From assembly GCA_002633005.1 (NCBI GenBank), contig NMRA01000374.1, positions 120,724-184,723 of the forward strand: a stretch of DNA of 64,000 bases, written 5' to 3'. Origin of the DNA: Phoronis australis. Taxonomy: Eukaryota > Animalia > Phoronida. The notes beneath the pieces were generated by a model. It made no database searches. It was not told the origin of the DNA and worked only from the letters and a program-made list of their open reading frames with translations. The position numbers and the translations under genes are program-made. How positions within the stretch are numbered: position 1 is the stretch's first letter; each line of letters begins with the position of its first letter. Shown here piece by piece: positions 25,901 to 39,146 of the stretch.

Positions 25901-27092
25901 GCCTGACGGCAGTTGAATTTTAGTAAACTTTCAACAGTTACGTTATGCAGAGGAAGTAACGTTGAAATATTGAAGCTGTGTTCGTGATCAGGTGTGACCT
26001 TCATCTACTCTATTCGTGCAAATTTTCTATAATGTTTTGTCTATTTTTAGACCCGCATAAGATGATTACTTTTAGTGATTTTTGAAACGGTCAAATTTGG
26101 CTAAGTTCGTATTCCGATATCTCAGCTGGCGCAGGTTTCAGAACATTTTAGTAGTGTGTTGAGCTACATTAGATCTACAAAATAAGACAAAAAATCGTCT
26201 GGCGGTAAGGGGTTTCATGTCATTTGAAGTCGAAAGTGACTGGTGGTTACGTCATTTCACCACTATGAGTAATACCAACAAACGTCAACAAAAATGAATA
26301 TTCGCTACTGTTGGCCCGCAAACTGCGACTCAATTTCATCATTTATCAAAAAATCGCATTTTCTAGGCCCCGAGGGTACTCTACATTATTTGTAAAAAGT
26401 GCTGGTAGTCATGGAATTAGGATACGTGAACTTACTAGACAAACAGCAGTATTTTGGCAATACTCCTTTTGTGTGGGTCGAAATTTAAGTATCATTGGTT
26501 TTTCAAAGCTCAGTTATTCTTAATCGCACGGCAAAAAAGCAAAACACCGCCCATAAACCATTTGCATAACATTTTCCTTCGAAAATTGTGGTTGCCTCCT
26601 ACCCTTCGCGACTTTCTAAATATTACAGTGATGTATGGAAAATATCTGTGGTTGTCCTGTCAACAAAGAAGTTGCTTACTGTGAGTTAGCTCTGGGGTGT
26701 GTCTGAAGAAACAATATTTTATTATACAAGTTGTTTTGATGCAGGGCATTGAAAGCGGAGAACAGTGCCAAGGAGAAAGATTCAATGGCAATTACAGGGA
26801 AAGGCAGCACTACTGGTGACCAGATTTCTGTACATGTTATATAACCGCCAGTTCCCCAATAACCTCACCTTTGGGAGTGGTATGGCTTGCTAGTGTTATC
26901 AGTTTGCTATCTGTATACAGTTTGTTGTGACTGACACAAGTTAGACATGAGAGACTTTCAAGTAGCAATGGGGGCTGACCACGTGGAACCGACTACCAGT
27001 AAGAAGATACACAGAGGAAGATAGCTACACTAAATGTGTGTGACTAGATGTGAGAAGTTTAAATAAGTGAAGTTATTTCCCACTCCTCTAGA

Positions 27093-27173
27093 CATGGGCG
27101 GCGCAGCACTGAAAAAAGTGAGGGCTCTAGCCCTTCCCCCCGGCCCCAGCACCCCTATGTAGCGCCGCCCATG
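27093..27173. mobile_element. 81-bp MITE with CATG termini and 5-bp TSD (hAT5-like)
   Basis: CATGGGCGGCGC...GCGCCGCCCATG; TSD CTAGA; related degenerate copy at ~13952-14018. Confidence 0.65.
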
Positions 27174-27598
27174 CTAGAAGGCAATGGTATCCTGTTCCAA
27201 GTTAGCAACCGTTACTTGACTATATGAATGCCTCCTGCATTATCAGATTTACATCTACTACAGAGGTCACGTGAAAGAAGTGGGGTGCTAAAGGCTACTT
27301 TCAGTACTTTCAGTATAAAGTATAATAGTTGTGCAGCTCATGTTTTTCCATGGCTTCTCAAAATCACAATATACAGCATATCAACTTTGAAACAGTCCCG
27401 AGTTCAAAACATAGATTCATGCACATTGGGCTCTTATAGTCAAGTCTTTGTGTCGCTTTAATAGCAAGACTACCAACTTTTGTTAGGCAAAATCACAACA
27501 GAGATATCTAAATGTGGTAACTGGTCTTAGTGCTGATGGACTGGCTGAAAATATGACACTTGTATGTTAACTGTTCAAAATACGGGTGATCTCGCATA

Positions 27599-28994
27599 CA
27601 GTACAGCCACTGAATTATTAGACTCTCTCCGGTGTCTCTCCCGTCTAGCCACCCGTGACCGTAACCGGAGACAGACCGGAGAGTAAGACGTGAATCAACC
27701 GTGACGGGTGGGGTGAGCCTAAGCGTGACTGTACCCGGAGCTTACCGTGAGTTAGGCGTGAACGAAGCGCGAGCCAGCCGTGAACCAGCCGTGAGCTTAC
27801 CTGCATCGCAGATGAAACATTAATTTATTAAAATTATATCAGTAACTAGCAGTGATGTGTGTATTCTCATAGACTTTTGCTCATGTGAGGTTTATTTTTT
27901 TTTGAAATCGTCACGTTCAGCAATAGACCAAAATTTCCTTCTCAAATCACTTCAGGAAACATACCTGAGGACTTTACTTTTCACATATATAATAATTTGT
28001 TTTTATATAAACTAATAAAAAATCTTAACACGCGTATACATGGCAGAAATATTCAATTGCCTTCACGATATGAAGGACCATAGCATGTCCATTCTGAGCA
28101 CTTTGATCCCAAGCTTCGGCTTCATGCGGAGAAAACTGATCGTGCCCATACATTTGACGAGTCAAACAGATCACTGCTAATATTATTTTAGTGGAGAAGT
28201 ACCCCGGGGATACTGTGAACTCAGTCGAAACGCATGTACTACGGGGAGGCGGGGCTACAAATAATTGAACTGCACTACGGATTGAGGACTTTTTAGTCAA
28301 AACATTTGCTTGCAGTAAGGAATGAGTATGTCAGAATGGCGGCCTATTGAAATTTTCTGTGCGCCAGTACGGTGCAAAAATTTACGGAGTGACACAATAT
28401 TTCACAAGATGCGTAGGCTATTTTTAGGGCAAATTAACTATATTCAGCTGTGACAAGTTTCAAGGAGTCCACAGCCATGTAAAGACGACTCTGGACACAG
28501 GGTCGCGCATATTCGTATTTACTAACCGTGGTTACTTTACATGTATGTCGTTGATGGGACTGGCTCTTAAGTCGTAAATAGAAAATGTACATGTAACCGT
28601 AACACAAGATGAGCTGAAGGAAGACGTTTGTATGAACAACACGTGGAATTCCAAAGTTAGTCGGAACCTAAGTGTGATAGATGACTGCTTGCAAAAATAC
28701 TCTATAATATACTATAATGTCTTTGCCACTTGTCCGAAACGACAGGCAATCAAGACGTTACATGTATTTTTGTTGATTAGCCCGGTGCCCTATCACGATT
28801 ACCACAGGTACCGAAGGCGTGAAGAAAGCCTGAGGAAAGCGTGAACTAAACCGGAGGTAAGCGTGAGAACTACCCGGAGAGTAGGCGTGAGGCGAACGTG
28901 ACTGATTTCTGTCACGCCTGCGTTCCGGTTGCGCTCCGGTCTGGCCAGTAGTGAGGTAGCCCGGACGAAGTCTAAAAATTAAGTGGCTGTACTG
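27599..28994. mobile_element. Tc1/mariner-like non-autonomous element
   Basis: TA-CAGTACAGCCACTGAATTATTAGACT ... AGTCTAAAAATTAAGTGGCTGTACTG-TA; CGTGA-rich subterminal repeats; inserted into a degenerate repeat with units near 27500, 29056 and 29307. Confidence 0.75.
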
Positions 28995-29641
28995 TACTGT
29001 ACACGTAACTCCTCACTCATCACCCAGTAAATTAATACAAAGTGGTATGTAAAAAACGAGGTATCTAAATGTGTTAACTGATCTACCCAGTAAATTGGCT
29101 CAAGCATGACACTCCTGATGTTAACCGTACAAAATACAGGTGAACTCGACACTTCGCTTAGCTCATCATCACGTACCGTACACGCAACTCGTCATGCTGC
29201 AAAAACAATGTTGGACCAAATTAAAATCAAAAATAATATTTAAAGTGACTGCAAGCTGGTTTAAGACTGGTCATCTAGTTAAGTAGAACAAAGTAACATG
29301 AAAAAAACGAGATATCTTTGACCTACATGCCAGTGAATTGGTTCAAGTATGACACTCCCAAAGTTAACCTTTCAAAATACAGGGGCCTTCAATCAACTTG
29401 TTATCACATTAGTACATGTAACTCGCCACCTTTCCCTCAGGTCTACAGTATCACATCAATAACATTTGCATGAGTTACTCATAATTTTTGGGCGAAGATG
29501 AAACCTGGAATATTCCTGGACATCACTGACTGTCCTGGGGTGGATCCAAGATTTTGAGTTAGGGAGTAAGGGCAGAGTATTAGCCAGGATATTCGCACGG
29601 GTGCACTTCTTGCGGGGTCTACTTTGTTGTTTTACTTTCTG

Positions 29642-31290
29642 AACAAGAGCAACGCAGAGCGTTGAAATGTGCCCACGAATGCATTGCAAATGGTGTGTTT
29701 TAGGGTTATATATTTGTATCATAAAAATGGCCACTAGCTGGCGCAAAAACATACAATCCATCCAAAAACAGGAACATGCCATATTTCATAAAAATCTGTC
29801 AAGGAACTTCAGAGAAACAAAGGAAAACAGAATAAAATGAAATTGTGGGCACAGTGTCCGATGGATCAGCCTGAAAGTCGTCCTCGTCTGTCGTTATCTT
29901 CATATAAATACACTCAATAAATTTAGTAAAGATCCTGCAGTGGGCTTAGGAGATACAACTATGGGCGCAAAACAATACTACCACTTTCAAATGATTTGGT
30001 TGACACAGGGGTGGACGCCAAAAACAAGATTTGAAAACAGCAAAAATGGCCACTAGGTGGTGCAAAATACCTCGATTCCATCCAAAAACAGGAAGATAGC
30101 GTCATCACACCAAGAGATGCCTATATATGAAATTTTATGAAAATCTGTTGAGGACCTTTGAAGATACAGAGTTAATCGTACAAAACTAAAATTGCCATTA
30201 GGGAGAGCAGAGCAGTAGTCAGATCTGTCCGAATGTCGTCATCATCCGTAGTCAGCATCATATAAATACACTTGTTAAATTAAGTAAAGATCCTGAGAAC
30301 GGTTTGCGAGATATACCCAATATGCGCAAAAAACAAAACTGCTACTAGGAGGCGCCGCTATAGTTGAAATTATCGGAAAATCATCGTCAACAGTCCTCTT
30401 TATAGTAAGCACATACATGCCACTTTACACAATCATCCTTTGTGCGGTTTGGTTGATAGAGGGGTGGACGCAAAAAAAAACAGACTCGAAAACAGTAAAA
30501 ATGGCCACTAGGTGGCGCAAACTACGTCAAATCTATCCGAAAACGGGAGGATACCGTCACTACACTAATAGGTGCCTACATACCAAATTTCATGAAAATC
30601 CGTTAAGGACTTTTGAAGATAGAGAGGTAAACGTAAAAAAAAATAAAATTGCCACTAAAGGACACACCAGTAATCGTCGTCGTCGTCCTCCGTTGTTAAC
30701 ATCATATAAATATACTTACTAAATTTCGTAAAGATCCTGATAACGGTTTAGGAAATACAGCCATAGGCGCTAAAAAACAAAATTCCCACCAGGAGGCGCC
30801 ACAGTCGTCAAATCGTCAGAAAATCATCGTCAACCGTCCTCTTCATAGTAAGCATCTATTTGCCAATTTTCACAATCATCCTTTGAGCGGTTTGGTTGAT
30901 AGAGGGGTGGACGCAAAAACAGACTCGAAAACAGTACAAATGGCCACTAAATGGCGCAAACTACGTCGAATCCATCCAAAAACAGGACGATAGCGTCATC
31001 TCACTTATAGGTGCCTACATGCAAAATTTCATGAAAATCCGTTAAGGATTTTTGAAGATACAAATGTAAGCGTAAAAAACTAAAATTGCCATTAGGGGGC
31101 ACACCGGTAGTTGTATCCTTCCGAATGTTCGCTCATGCCGTCCCATTCATAAATGGAGCATATGTGCCAAATTTCATGAACGTATGTCAAAAGGTTTTGG
31201 AGAGCAGCGGACGTCGGGCGCCGGACGGACGGACGCCGCACGGACGGACGGACGGACGGACGGAGACATAAATATGTGGGCGCAAAAAAA
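29642..31290 (-). mobile_element. Helentron-associated non-autonomous element (HINE/DINE-1-like) with internal tandem array
   Basis: Sub-TIRs TGTGCCCACG (29668) / TGTGGGCGCA (31275); terminal hairpin CAACGC-AGA-GCGTTG (29650-29664); (GGAC)n microsatellite ~31222-31264; 3-4 tandem units, mostly ~440 bp; A-run end. Confidence 0.7.
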
Positions 31291-32029
31291 TGACGGGTAG
31301 TTTCTAACACTCTCGGAGAAACGTACATTCTTGCAGAACATCGCAGATGCCAGCCACTACACAGGTATGACTGCCTCTGAGTGATCCATTAATTTTAGCT
31401 GAGATGGTTCATTTCACCCATGGCGCGTAATATGTAAAACGATCCTAAGTGCAATACTTCAAACCCCCCAAAACACAGTGGGTACTTGATTTACTTTTGC
31501 CAGTTTGACCGGATTGTTTTGGACAACAATAAAAAGCTTTGTCTCTATACTGTTCAAAAACAAGTACTGCTGTTATATTTTTATAATACATGCACGGGCA
31601 GTTTGTGAAGTTTCTGAAAGGAGAACCAGTTTCTTCCACTGCAGGGTGTTAGATAAGATTTTTGGTTCACCCACCGTGCCGAAGGGGGGGGGGGAGCAGC
31701 CAGAAGTGGTTGTTAAGCTGGCAAACAAAATGATAGAGTGCCTACATGTAACTTCTTTGAGAATTTACACAAAGTTATCCACTGGTGCACCAAACAAAAT
31801 GTTGCCCGCCAAATTCGGCGTGCGGGCTGGTGGGTAATACCCACAGAATACTAACCGTTGTTTCTAGTGGTACTAACTGGTTCTCAAATGAAACTAACTA
31901 TTACCGACAAAACGCTACCATCATGTGATAACTTCAACTTGTACAGCCTACCTCCACCTGGCGTGTAGTGGGCTGGGCTAATGTACGGACATTTTCAATG
32001 TGAGTGATGACCATTGTGACACAAAATAT

Positions 32030-32070
32030 TATAAAGGCCGCCTTGCATTTACCGCAATACCATTCAGCAT
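32030..32070 (+). promoter_or_regulatory. TATA box and Inr-like site of the discoidin-domain gene
   Basis: TATAAA at 32030-32035; CATTCAGCA ~30 bp downstream; ATG at 32108. Confidence 0.55.
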
Positions 32071-32107
32071 TCGTCAGACAACCTGAAAGTCTGCTACAGA
32101 GCCTATC

Positions 32108-32235
32108 ATGCTTATGAGAAACGCTGTCACCATCCTTTTCTTGGCCGTCTTAGTCGCTAGTCATCCCTTGGTAGAGGAGAATGGGTTTGATGAGAATGAG
32201 GCAGCATACGAGAAGCAAGAAAACCTGCAGGCCAG
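32108..32235 (+). CDS. Exon 1: signal peptide + acidic segment of secreted discoidin-domain protein
   Basis: MLMRNAVTILFLAVLVAS-HPLVEENGFDENEAAYEKQENLQA; donor AG|GTAAAC, phase 2, matching the phase of the acceptor at 49044. Confidence 0.7.
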
Positions 32236-32364
32236 GTAAACAAAAACGAGTTCGTTTGTTTTTCAATCAAGTCCCTCGCAATTTTTTCTAGAATAACGAT
32301 GATAACTAAATAGCAATTATAAGTCAGAATTGTACTGTATGACGACATTAGTTTTGGCCAAATG

Positions 32365-32925
32365 TATAATAGGAAGCAAGCGACGCAAGTGATAGCGGTG
32401 TTCATGATCAAGGTAACTGTTTCGATTTGATAGCTTAAGGCGTCATTAAGCAAAACAGTTGTCTATATGATCAGTTGCAAGGAGTGTAATGAAATTTACG
32501 TTGGTGTGGCAAAGAGGATTCTTAAGAACGGAAAAACATTCCAAAGATGCCAAGTGTTTATTCAACCACTATACAGAATCAAACAACTGTGTACCTTTTA
32601 ATAATGTAAAAATTCTAGAACATGATATGAATAGGACCAACCTGTTAATACATGGAGCCTTGCACATCAATGAATTACAGGCTGAGTATAGCTTGAATAG
32701 GAACATAGGGCCTTTCAACCTTCAGTTGTGGTAGTTGATAGCTGAGTCCATTTCCCTGGATGTCTCTCTACTTGTCACTTGTATCATGCACTTTGGTGTA
32801 AAGCTGATTGTTATTGTGAATTGATGTAGAGCATGAGTCATACCTGATGATGATTTAAGTATTAAATCGAAACGTTGATCATGAACACCGTTATCATTTG
32901 CCTCGTTAGCTTCCTATTGTACAAA
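32365..32925 (+). mobile_element. Penelope-like 3' fragment (GIY-YIG) with inverted pLTR
   Basis: VVYMISCKECNEIYVG...KILEH...GALHI...LNRNIG; 32365-32438 is an inverted copy of 32855-32922. Confidence 0.75.
32838..32884 (+). ncRNA. Hammerhead-ribozyme-like motif (Penelope pLTR)
   Basis: CTGATGA-T-GATTTAA(gta)TTAAATC-GAAA-CGTT; helix I and cleavage site less clear than in the other two copies. Confidence 0.55.
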
Positions 32926-34779
32926 TTGTAGGTCGGTTAATATATCGGAGTAAATGAATAATGTTTTGCTGCTGTCAAGGTAACTCCAAACTCAGTAAAT
33001 AGTGCCATGGTTGATGTACCCTAAGGGTATTGCGATTTTTAGAAAAGCCAAAACGTCGTAACTGATACAACTTGACATTTTTCATATTTATATTCAGAAT
33101 TAAAGAAAGCGTTCACGAGTCACATCAAAAAAGTAAGTGTAAACCAAAGATACAACGGTCCGAGCTAAAACCAGACTTTTTGATAAAGCGTGTCCGAGGT
33201 TATAAGTAGTCCTAGAAAAATGTCACGTTTTGGCTTACTGCGGAACATCGAATTTTCAAAATGATTGATTGAATTCAAACTAAACTTTCAGACAAGCCAT
33301 ATGGAGAAATTTTTGTTCATTTCACTTTTGCAGTGTTGTGGCAAAAGCTTAAAGAAGCCTGGAACGCGGAAAAACAGACTAAATTCATTCTCTGTCACTG
33401 AAACAGAATTCAACGTGTTCACCAGAGATTTTTACTGTTTGCTCGTAAAGCTCATGAATTTCTGTTTATGTCAAAGTATTATTCTTTTAGTTTCAAAATC
33501 TAGAAAAAAAGCGATCTGTCAGCTGACCGTTACTTCGTTGATTTTCCCCAGACAAGGCAAAACACGTCTCCTTATTTGATATGGCGAGAGATAGACTTAG
33601 CACCTTTCCTTATATAGACAATGTGACCCTTCACATTTGATGTAAACAAAACAATGGCGACGTCAAGCATCAGCCCGATTAAAAGGCAACTGACGTTTAA
33701 AAAATTAGTTACAAAGGTATCGCAGTATTCAAATGTGCTCTGAAATGCATTTGAAATCTCTTGCTTCATTGTCTTGCCTCGTACTTTGGTGTTGTCACAC
33801 ATGATAATTTACCATTATGCCATTCTTATCAGTCATCTGTTTGTTGACTGACTGTGAGCGCCTGCACGCATTTATCATAAGTGGGAGGATGATTAGAAAC
33901 TGTGTGGAGACTACGAAGTTTTTCCTTCGCACGTGTTACAAAAATCGTGAATTTTGTGGAAATTCCCTCTCAGGGCAAAGCGAGTAACATTTTGTAGTGA
34001 ATGTCGGGAGATGTTGCCTTCGTTAGTAGTTGTTTAAAAGATATTTTGAGGACCTTTTGCGTTCCATACCTCTTTAAAACACAGATAATTTTCGAGCGAA
34101 TATAGTTTTCATCTAAGATTGCACAAATAAAATCGAAAAGATAATTTAAGAAACAGTGACAGCGTTTCTGGGGTTTCATTTTGAATATTCACAACAAATG
34201 AAATGTCATTGATAGCGATACCACGCTCATTTAGTCCAATCTTCGTACGACGTTTTAATTTACGCACAGTACATTATCGTATACGTATTTACAGCAGACC
34301 TGTAGTGGGGCGCAGGCGCAGCCCATCATCTTTTAGCAACTGAGCGTAGCCCCTACGCACTATAATAATTAGTGACGATACAGCTTAGGGTATCGATGCG
34401 CTGCTACGCTGACAACAAGCATGCTTCGATGACGTATTGGCAAAACTCGGGTATGAGTCGTCAAAATTAATCAGCTTCATTTAAACTTTGCTCTTTGAAG
34501 CGCTCGCGGTACCTAGCTGCTTGTCATTGCAATGGACTCGTTCAAATGAAACGAACCCATTGCTGTTGAATTAGAAGTTTAACTGAGGTCTTGTAGATTT
34601 TATACTCCTATGAGACAACAATCAACTGGTTGCAAATCGGTTTCAAAATGAGATCGGAAAGCACGGGACCAAGTCCTGCTGCTAAAAGTGACTCATTTGC
34701 TGAAAGTACAATATTTTAGAAACGTACGACTCAGCGTCTGAAACGGAAATACCTGCAGGTACTCTTCACACTCGTCACA

Positions 34780-35900
34780 AGGAAAAGCATCCCTGGCTGG
34801 GAGACAAGCATGGAAAGCTGGGTTGCGTTTCTTGCTATAATGCACGAAACCTGGGTTTGATGAAAGAAAGTGGCGTATCAATATCTTCGGAGTGGACTCA
34901 GTTTCTAATAGAACAACTGGAAATTCACGACTGTCTAAACTTAAGTCGCTTAGGAGTAAAATTAGTCCCCATATGACCTTTAAAGCCCACAGTATTGATG
35001 AAACGAAAAATAAAAGTAAAATTAAAAACGCACTGATTAAAGTCGCAGCTCAAGAGCAGACTACAACGAAAAAGGTCTCCAGAACGGCATATTTACTTGT
35101 TCAAATGAATCGCCAATTCGCTTATCAAGATCAACCTCTCATAAACCTTTAAAAACTGAATGGTTTGAAGTTGGGCGATACTCTCCCTAGTCGTTTAAGT
35201 GCAACGTCCATAATCAAGCACATAGCCAAGCAAATGCGAGGAAAAATCGTGAGTACAGTTATGGCAGAAAATACCAAGATACCCACAGCGGTAAGCAAAT
35301 TAAGCGCACTGTTCATTTACATAAGGGCATGTTTTGATGACAGCGTCCTAATTTTATATGCTTGATCATGTCCAGCTTGAACAACAAACCGACGAATCCA
35401 TTTGTGCGTCCCTCCTTAACAGAGATTACCTGGCATTTGCAAGTGACAGCGCCAGGACAGGAACACGTTCTGGAGTTTCAACACGATTACGGAAACGTTT
35501 CCCTAGACATTTGACATGACACTGCTTAAACCAAAGGCTAGAGTTGGCAGTTGGGGATGCTGTGGCAGAAGTGACTGGGTGTGGTAATTTCAGAGTAGTT
35601 ATGGCTAAAGTCTTTTCACTGTACAGCCGAGCACCCAAAGCTGCTGCTGATTTAGAGTACCAGTTTGACGTTCGTTGGTGGCGAGCAGTTTCAGAACGGT
35701 AAAGGCAGTGTGGAGATCATTAAACGCACTACATCAACATTTCGAGTTAGCGAGTGAAGACAGAAACCGTGATTCGAGAGATCGAAGCATGCTTTGGGGA
35801 TTAGTGCGATACTTGGAAAGTCCCACCTTTATTCAGAATCTTGCGCAGATGCACGGTGTGCTAGAAGAGCTGTCAAGCTTTTTGTGGATCTGAAATGCAG
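34780..35900 (+). pseudogene. hAT transposase remnant (KIAA1586/ZNF862-like)
   Basis: HPWL...GKLGC..C; RTAYLL; LAFASDSA...SGV..RL; HCLNQRLELAVGDA; RW.ASSFRTVKAVW motifs, broken by frameshifts and stops. Confidence 0.8.
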
Positions 35901-36865
35901 AACTACAACTATACCACAACCAGGCAAGCCTATTCGTCGTATCGTTCTTGTTCCTTAGCCTACATGTATGGTTGATAATACCGGGCAGGCATTCGCCACT
36001 GCAATAACATGCGCTCAAGAGAAGAGGTTTGGGTCACTGGAACTTAAGGGAACCCTAAAGGAACAACCGTGACCACACGTCCTGGACAGCTTATTACCCT
36101 ACTTCAACTTTGTGCATTGTGTATGAGCTCATGCACATGTGCACATTTTCCTTGGTGCTCAGATGATTAATAAAACATCATTGCTTGTGTAACAGTGTGT
36201 TTGTGTAATTAGACTTTGAAGCGTACGCAGTTACATATGTTCGCAGACGGTAATGGAATTTTAAATCAATATTTTAAGATAAAGTAACACTTATGCTGTC
36301 ATACCATAGGCGGATAAAGAAGGACCGAAGGGCCCGGAGGACACACCCAACGGGCTACTAAAACGCCGCCAGCAAATCGTTTCTGGGCGTTACGCGTCCA
36401 TTTTCCTGTTTGGGCTCCCCCTTCAGAGACCGATAGGAATGCACGCGAACCTTTGCCTTCAAGTATGTGTGTTTGGGCCCCCTTTCTGCTACGTCCTAGG
36501 TCCGCCACTGCAGACTTGGAGTAAATACCCACTCGTGAGTCAAAAAATAGGCCTGCGTGTTTGTGAGTCAGGTTTTTCGTGCTCAATGATCATTTAAAAT
36601 TGCGTGCTCAAGGTGTTCAATAATGTCGAGAATTGAACGTAAAATTTGCCCAAAAATTGTCTTCATTAGTAATGAAACTAAAATAGCACAAGAAAGGAAA
36701 TTTAGTGTCTTAAGTCCACAAATACGTAGAAAATTTAGAGAACTTAATCGAGTCCCTACTTCGGACTGTTTCATGCAACCAGGACATGAAAACGTGACCA
36801 CAAAAGTGATTACGTCCTTCACTTGACCCAAGATGGCTGACGTTTGAGAGATCTTGTGTCTTCAA

Positions 36866-36873
36866 CAGTAGTA

Positions 36874-36906
<33 letters not shown>

Positions 36907-36939
36907 GCAGAAGCAGCAGCAGAAGCAGCAGCAGAAGCA

Positions 36940-37013
<74 letters not shown>

Positions 37014-37016
37014 GGT
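36866..37016. repeat. (GCA)n/(GCAGAA) microsatellite, probable LINE 3' tail
   Basis: ~45 triplets; lies just after AATAAA on the - strand (37023-37028) at the end of the LINE fragment. Confidence 0.9.
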
Positions 37017-37570
37017 ATTACACTTTATTCACGTTAAGGCAAAAATACACTTGATACAGATTTACGCTCATGGAGACTCCGCGAAGGACCCGAAGGGACC
37101 GCTGACCACGGAGCCACCAGAGAATAAAATAGACAGTGTTAGAGATAATCAGAATTACAAAGATTAGGTGATTATATAATTTAAAACTACTTGTGAAAAG
37201 ACTATGAGAGGTTATCGAAGATAGTTACACACAAAGCAGTTGGGAATAGTGCAATCAAGTTCATAACTTTCAAAACAAACATTTTTAAAATAATTTATAA
37301 AAGAGGATAACGATTGGGTAAACCGTTTTACGGAGACACTTTCAGGAAGGTTACTAACGATATGAGTTAGGGTATTGCCAACTGAATCTTCAGCAATTGA
37401 TTTAGTACAACGAGGAGTTTGTAGAACATGTCGTTGCCTAGTGTAGTGTTCATGAACAGACCCACGGGTTATTGAATTGAACGAGTTGAAAAATGAAGGT
37501 AAGTAATTATGAACATATCTGTAGAAAAATTTAATAATAGCAACAATATACGAGTCCTTAATTTTGAGAA

Positions 37571-38527
37571 TTATAAAGTAGGAATCATTAAAAGTCTAAC
37601 AAAACGTGTTAGTGGAGCGTGAGGGTACCTCAGTGGTAACATCAGTATTTCATAAGAAGACTTACACAAAACTGTACACTTGTTTTCATAGCTTCACACC
37701 TTTTGTTTATAAAGTAGGTCTCATTAAAACTCTAATAGATAGGGTATATCGCATTAACAACACTTGGGCTAGACTTGATCCTAATGTTAAAGAACTTACA
37801 ACAAATTTGCAAAAGAATGGCTATCCCCTAGAATTAGTCAATAGGGTACTGAAAGCAAGACTCCAACGTAACCCTGATGATGTTCATCCTGTAGACAAAA
37901 CTATCTACAAGTACTTTAAAATACCCTATGTTGGGTTTTACGCCAAGATTGCTCAACGAAAACTCAACAAATTGGTGAATGATTACTTTGTGAACCTAAG
38001 AGCTGTATTAACATTCAAGTCTCTAAAACTGTCAAATTTATTTAACCCCAAGGACAAAATTCCTATGGGTCTACGGTCCAGGATAGTATACAAATTTATC
38101 TGTGCTGGATGTGGCTCCAGTTATATAGGCGAAACTGTTCGCCATTTGAAAACCAGGACCAAGGAACATCTAAGTTCTGACAGATTCGCACGTAAATATT
38201 CACCTACAGAGCTCCAATCACTGTTATCAGCAATGCTCTTTCAATGACTTTGCAATAATAGACCAGACAGTAACAACAAAGGAGCTTAAATTTCGTGAGG
38301 CTCTACACATCAGCTGGAGCAAGCCCAATCTCAATAGGCAACTGACACACAACATGTTGTCATTGTTGGTCTAGTTCATTGTCACTCCCTGTACCTGACT
38401 GTATCTGTGCTTCATTACTTGTTGCTGGGCCTAGCTACTTGGCCACTGTATTCTCACTTCTGATGATGGTGTTAGAATAAATGACACCGAAACATGTCAA
38501 GTCCACTTAAAACCGTTTTTGTTGTCT
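37571..38527 (+). mobile_element. Penelope-like element 3' part (RT C-terminus + GIY-YIG endonuclease + pLTR)
   Basis: ORF 37606-38247: TSVFHKKTYT, NGYP, KIPYVG, IVYKFICAGCGSSYIGETVRHLKTR.KEH; then REALHISWSKPNLNRQ in another frame. Confidence 0.9.
38456..38502 (+). ncRNA. Minimal type I hammerhead ribozyme
   Basis: ACTT-CTGATGA-TGGTGT(tagaataaatg)ACACC-GAAA-CATGTC-AAGT, with palindromic ACATGT at helix III. Confidence 0.85.
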
Positions 38528-39146
38528 TTAAGAATCTGTGTACTCATAAATAAAGGATCTGTATGTGCATTACAATAACTAGAGGTAATATTGCGAATAA
38601 CCTTTTTCTGTAAAATTTAAATATTCTATCATGTTCATACCCCCATAGCAGAATGCCATCATTAAAATGAGGGAGTCTATTATATACAGTTTTCAAAGTT
38701 TCAATGGGCAAGGGATGTTTTAGGTTATTATGAACACCACAGAATCTGCTTATCTTTCTCAGCAAATTGTTTATGTGAGGAGTACATAACAAGTTTTCGT
38801 TGACGGTAAAACCAAGTAATCGTCCACATTTCAACATAATACGCAGAAGTTTGTATTTAATGGTAATTGTTATCCCATTATAAACTTTTGCTCGTTGCTT
38901 AACACTAAGTCCTTGCGTACCGGGTACTGATGTCATCACTTCGAGTGGTCAAGTACTGCTAAATGGTCAAGTACTCCTGTCATTGCTACAGTTTTGTTGG
39001 TAAATGATGTGCTCCTGGCATGGTTCGAAATGTGTGTGAGAGTTGTTTATAAATGTTAGTGTACAAAAATGTGCATGTCTACTGTGAAATAAAGATTCTG
39101 GTTTTGGATTGCTATGTTTTGGCACTGCACATTGAAAATAATATTA

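Larger units (their letters stand above)
37017..38830 (-). mobile_element. CR1/L2-like LINE 3' fragment, split by a Penelope insertion
   Basis: LLGFTVNENL...HINNL..KISR...LKH.LP..TLK..Y...GILLWG (38544-38830) continues as ILKIKD...HEHYTR...CTIPNCFVC (37570-37225). Confidence 0.8.

Noticed and set aside
36844-37167. Poly-Ala/Glu ORF resembling an antifreeze-type protein
   Set aside because: Translation of the (GCA)n microsatellite tail of a - strand LINE.
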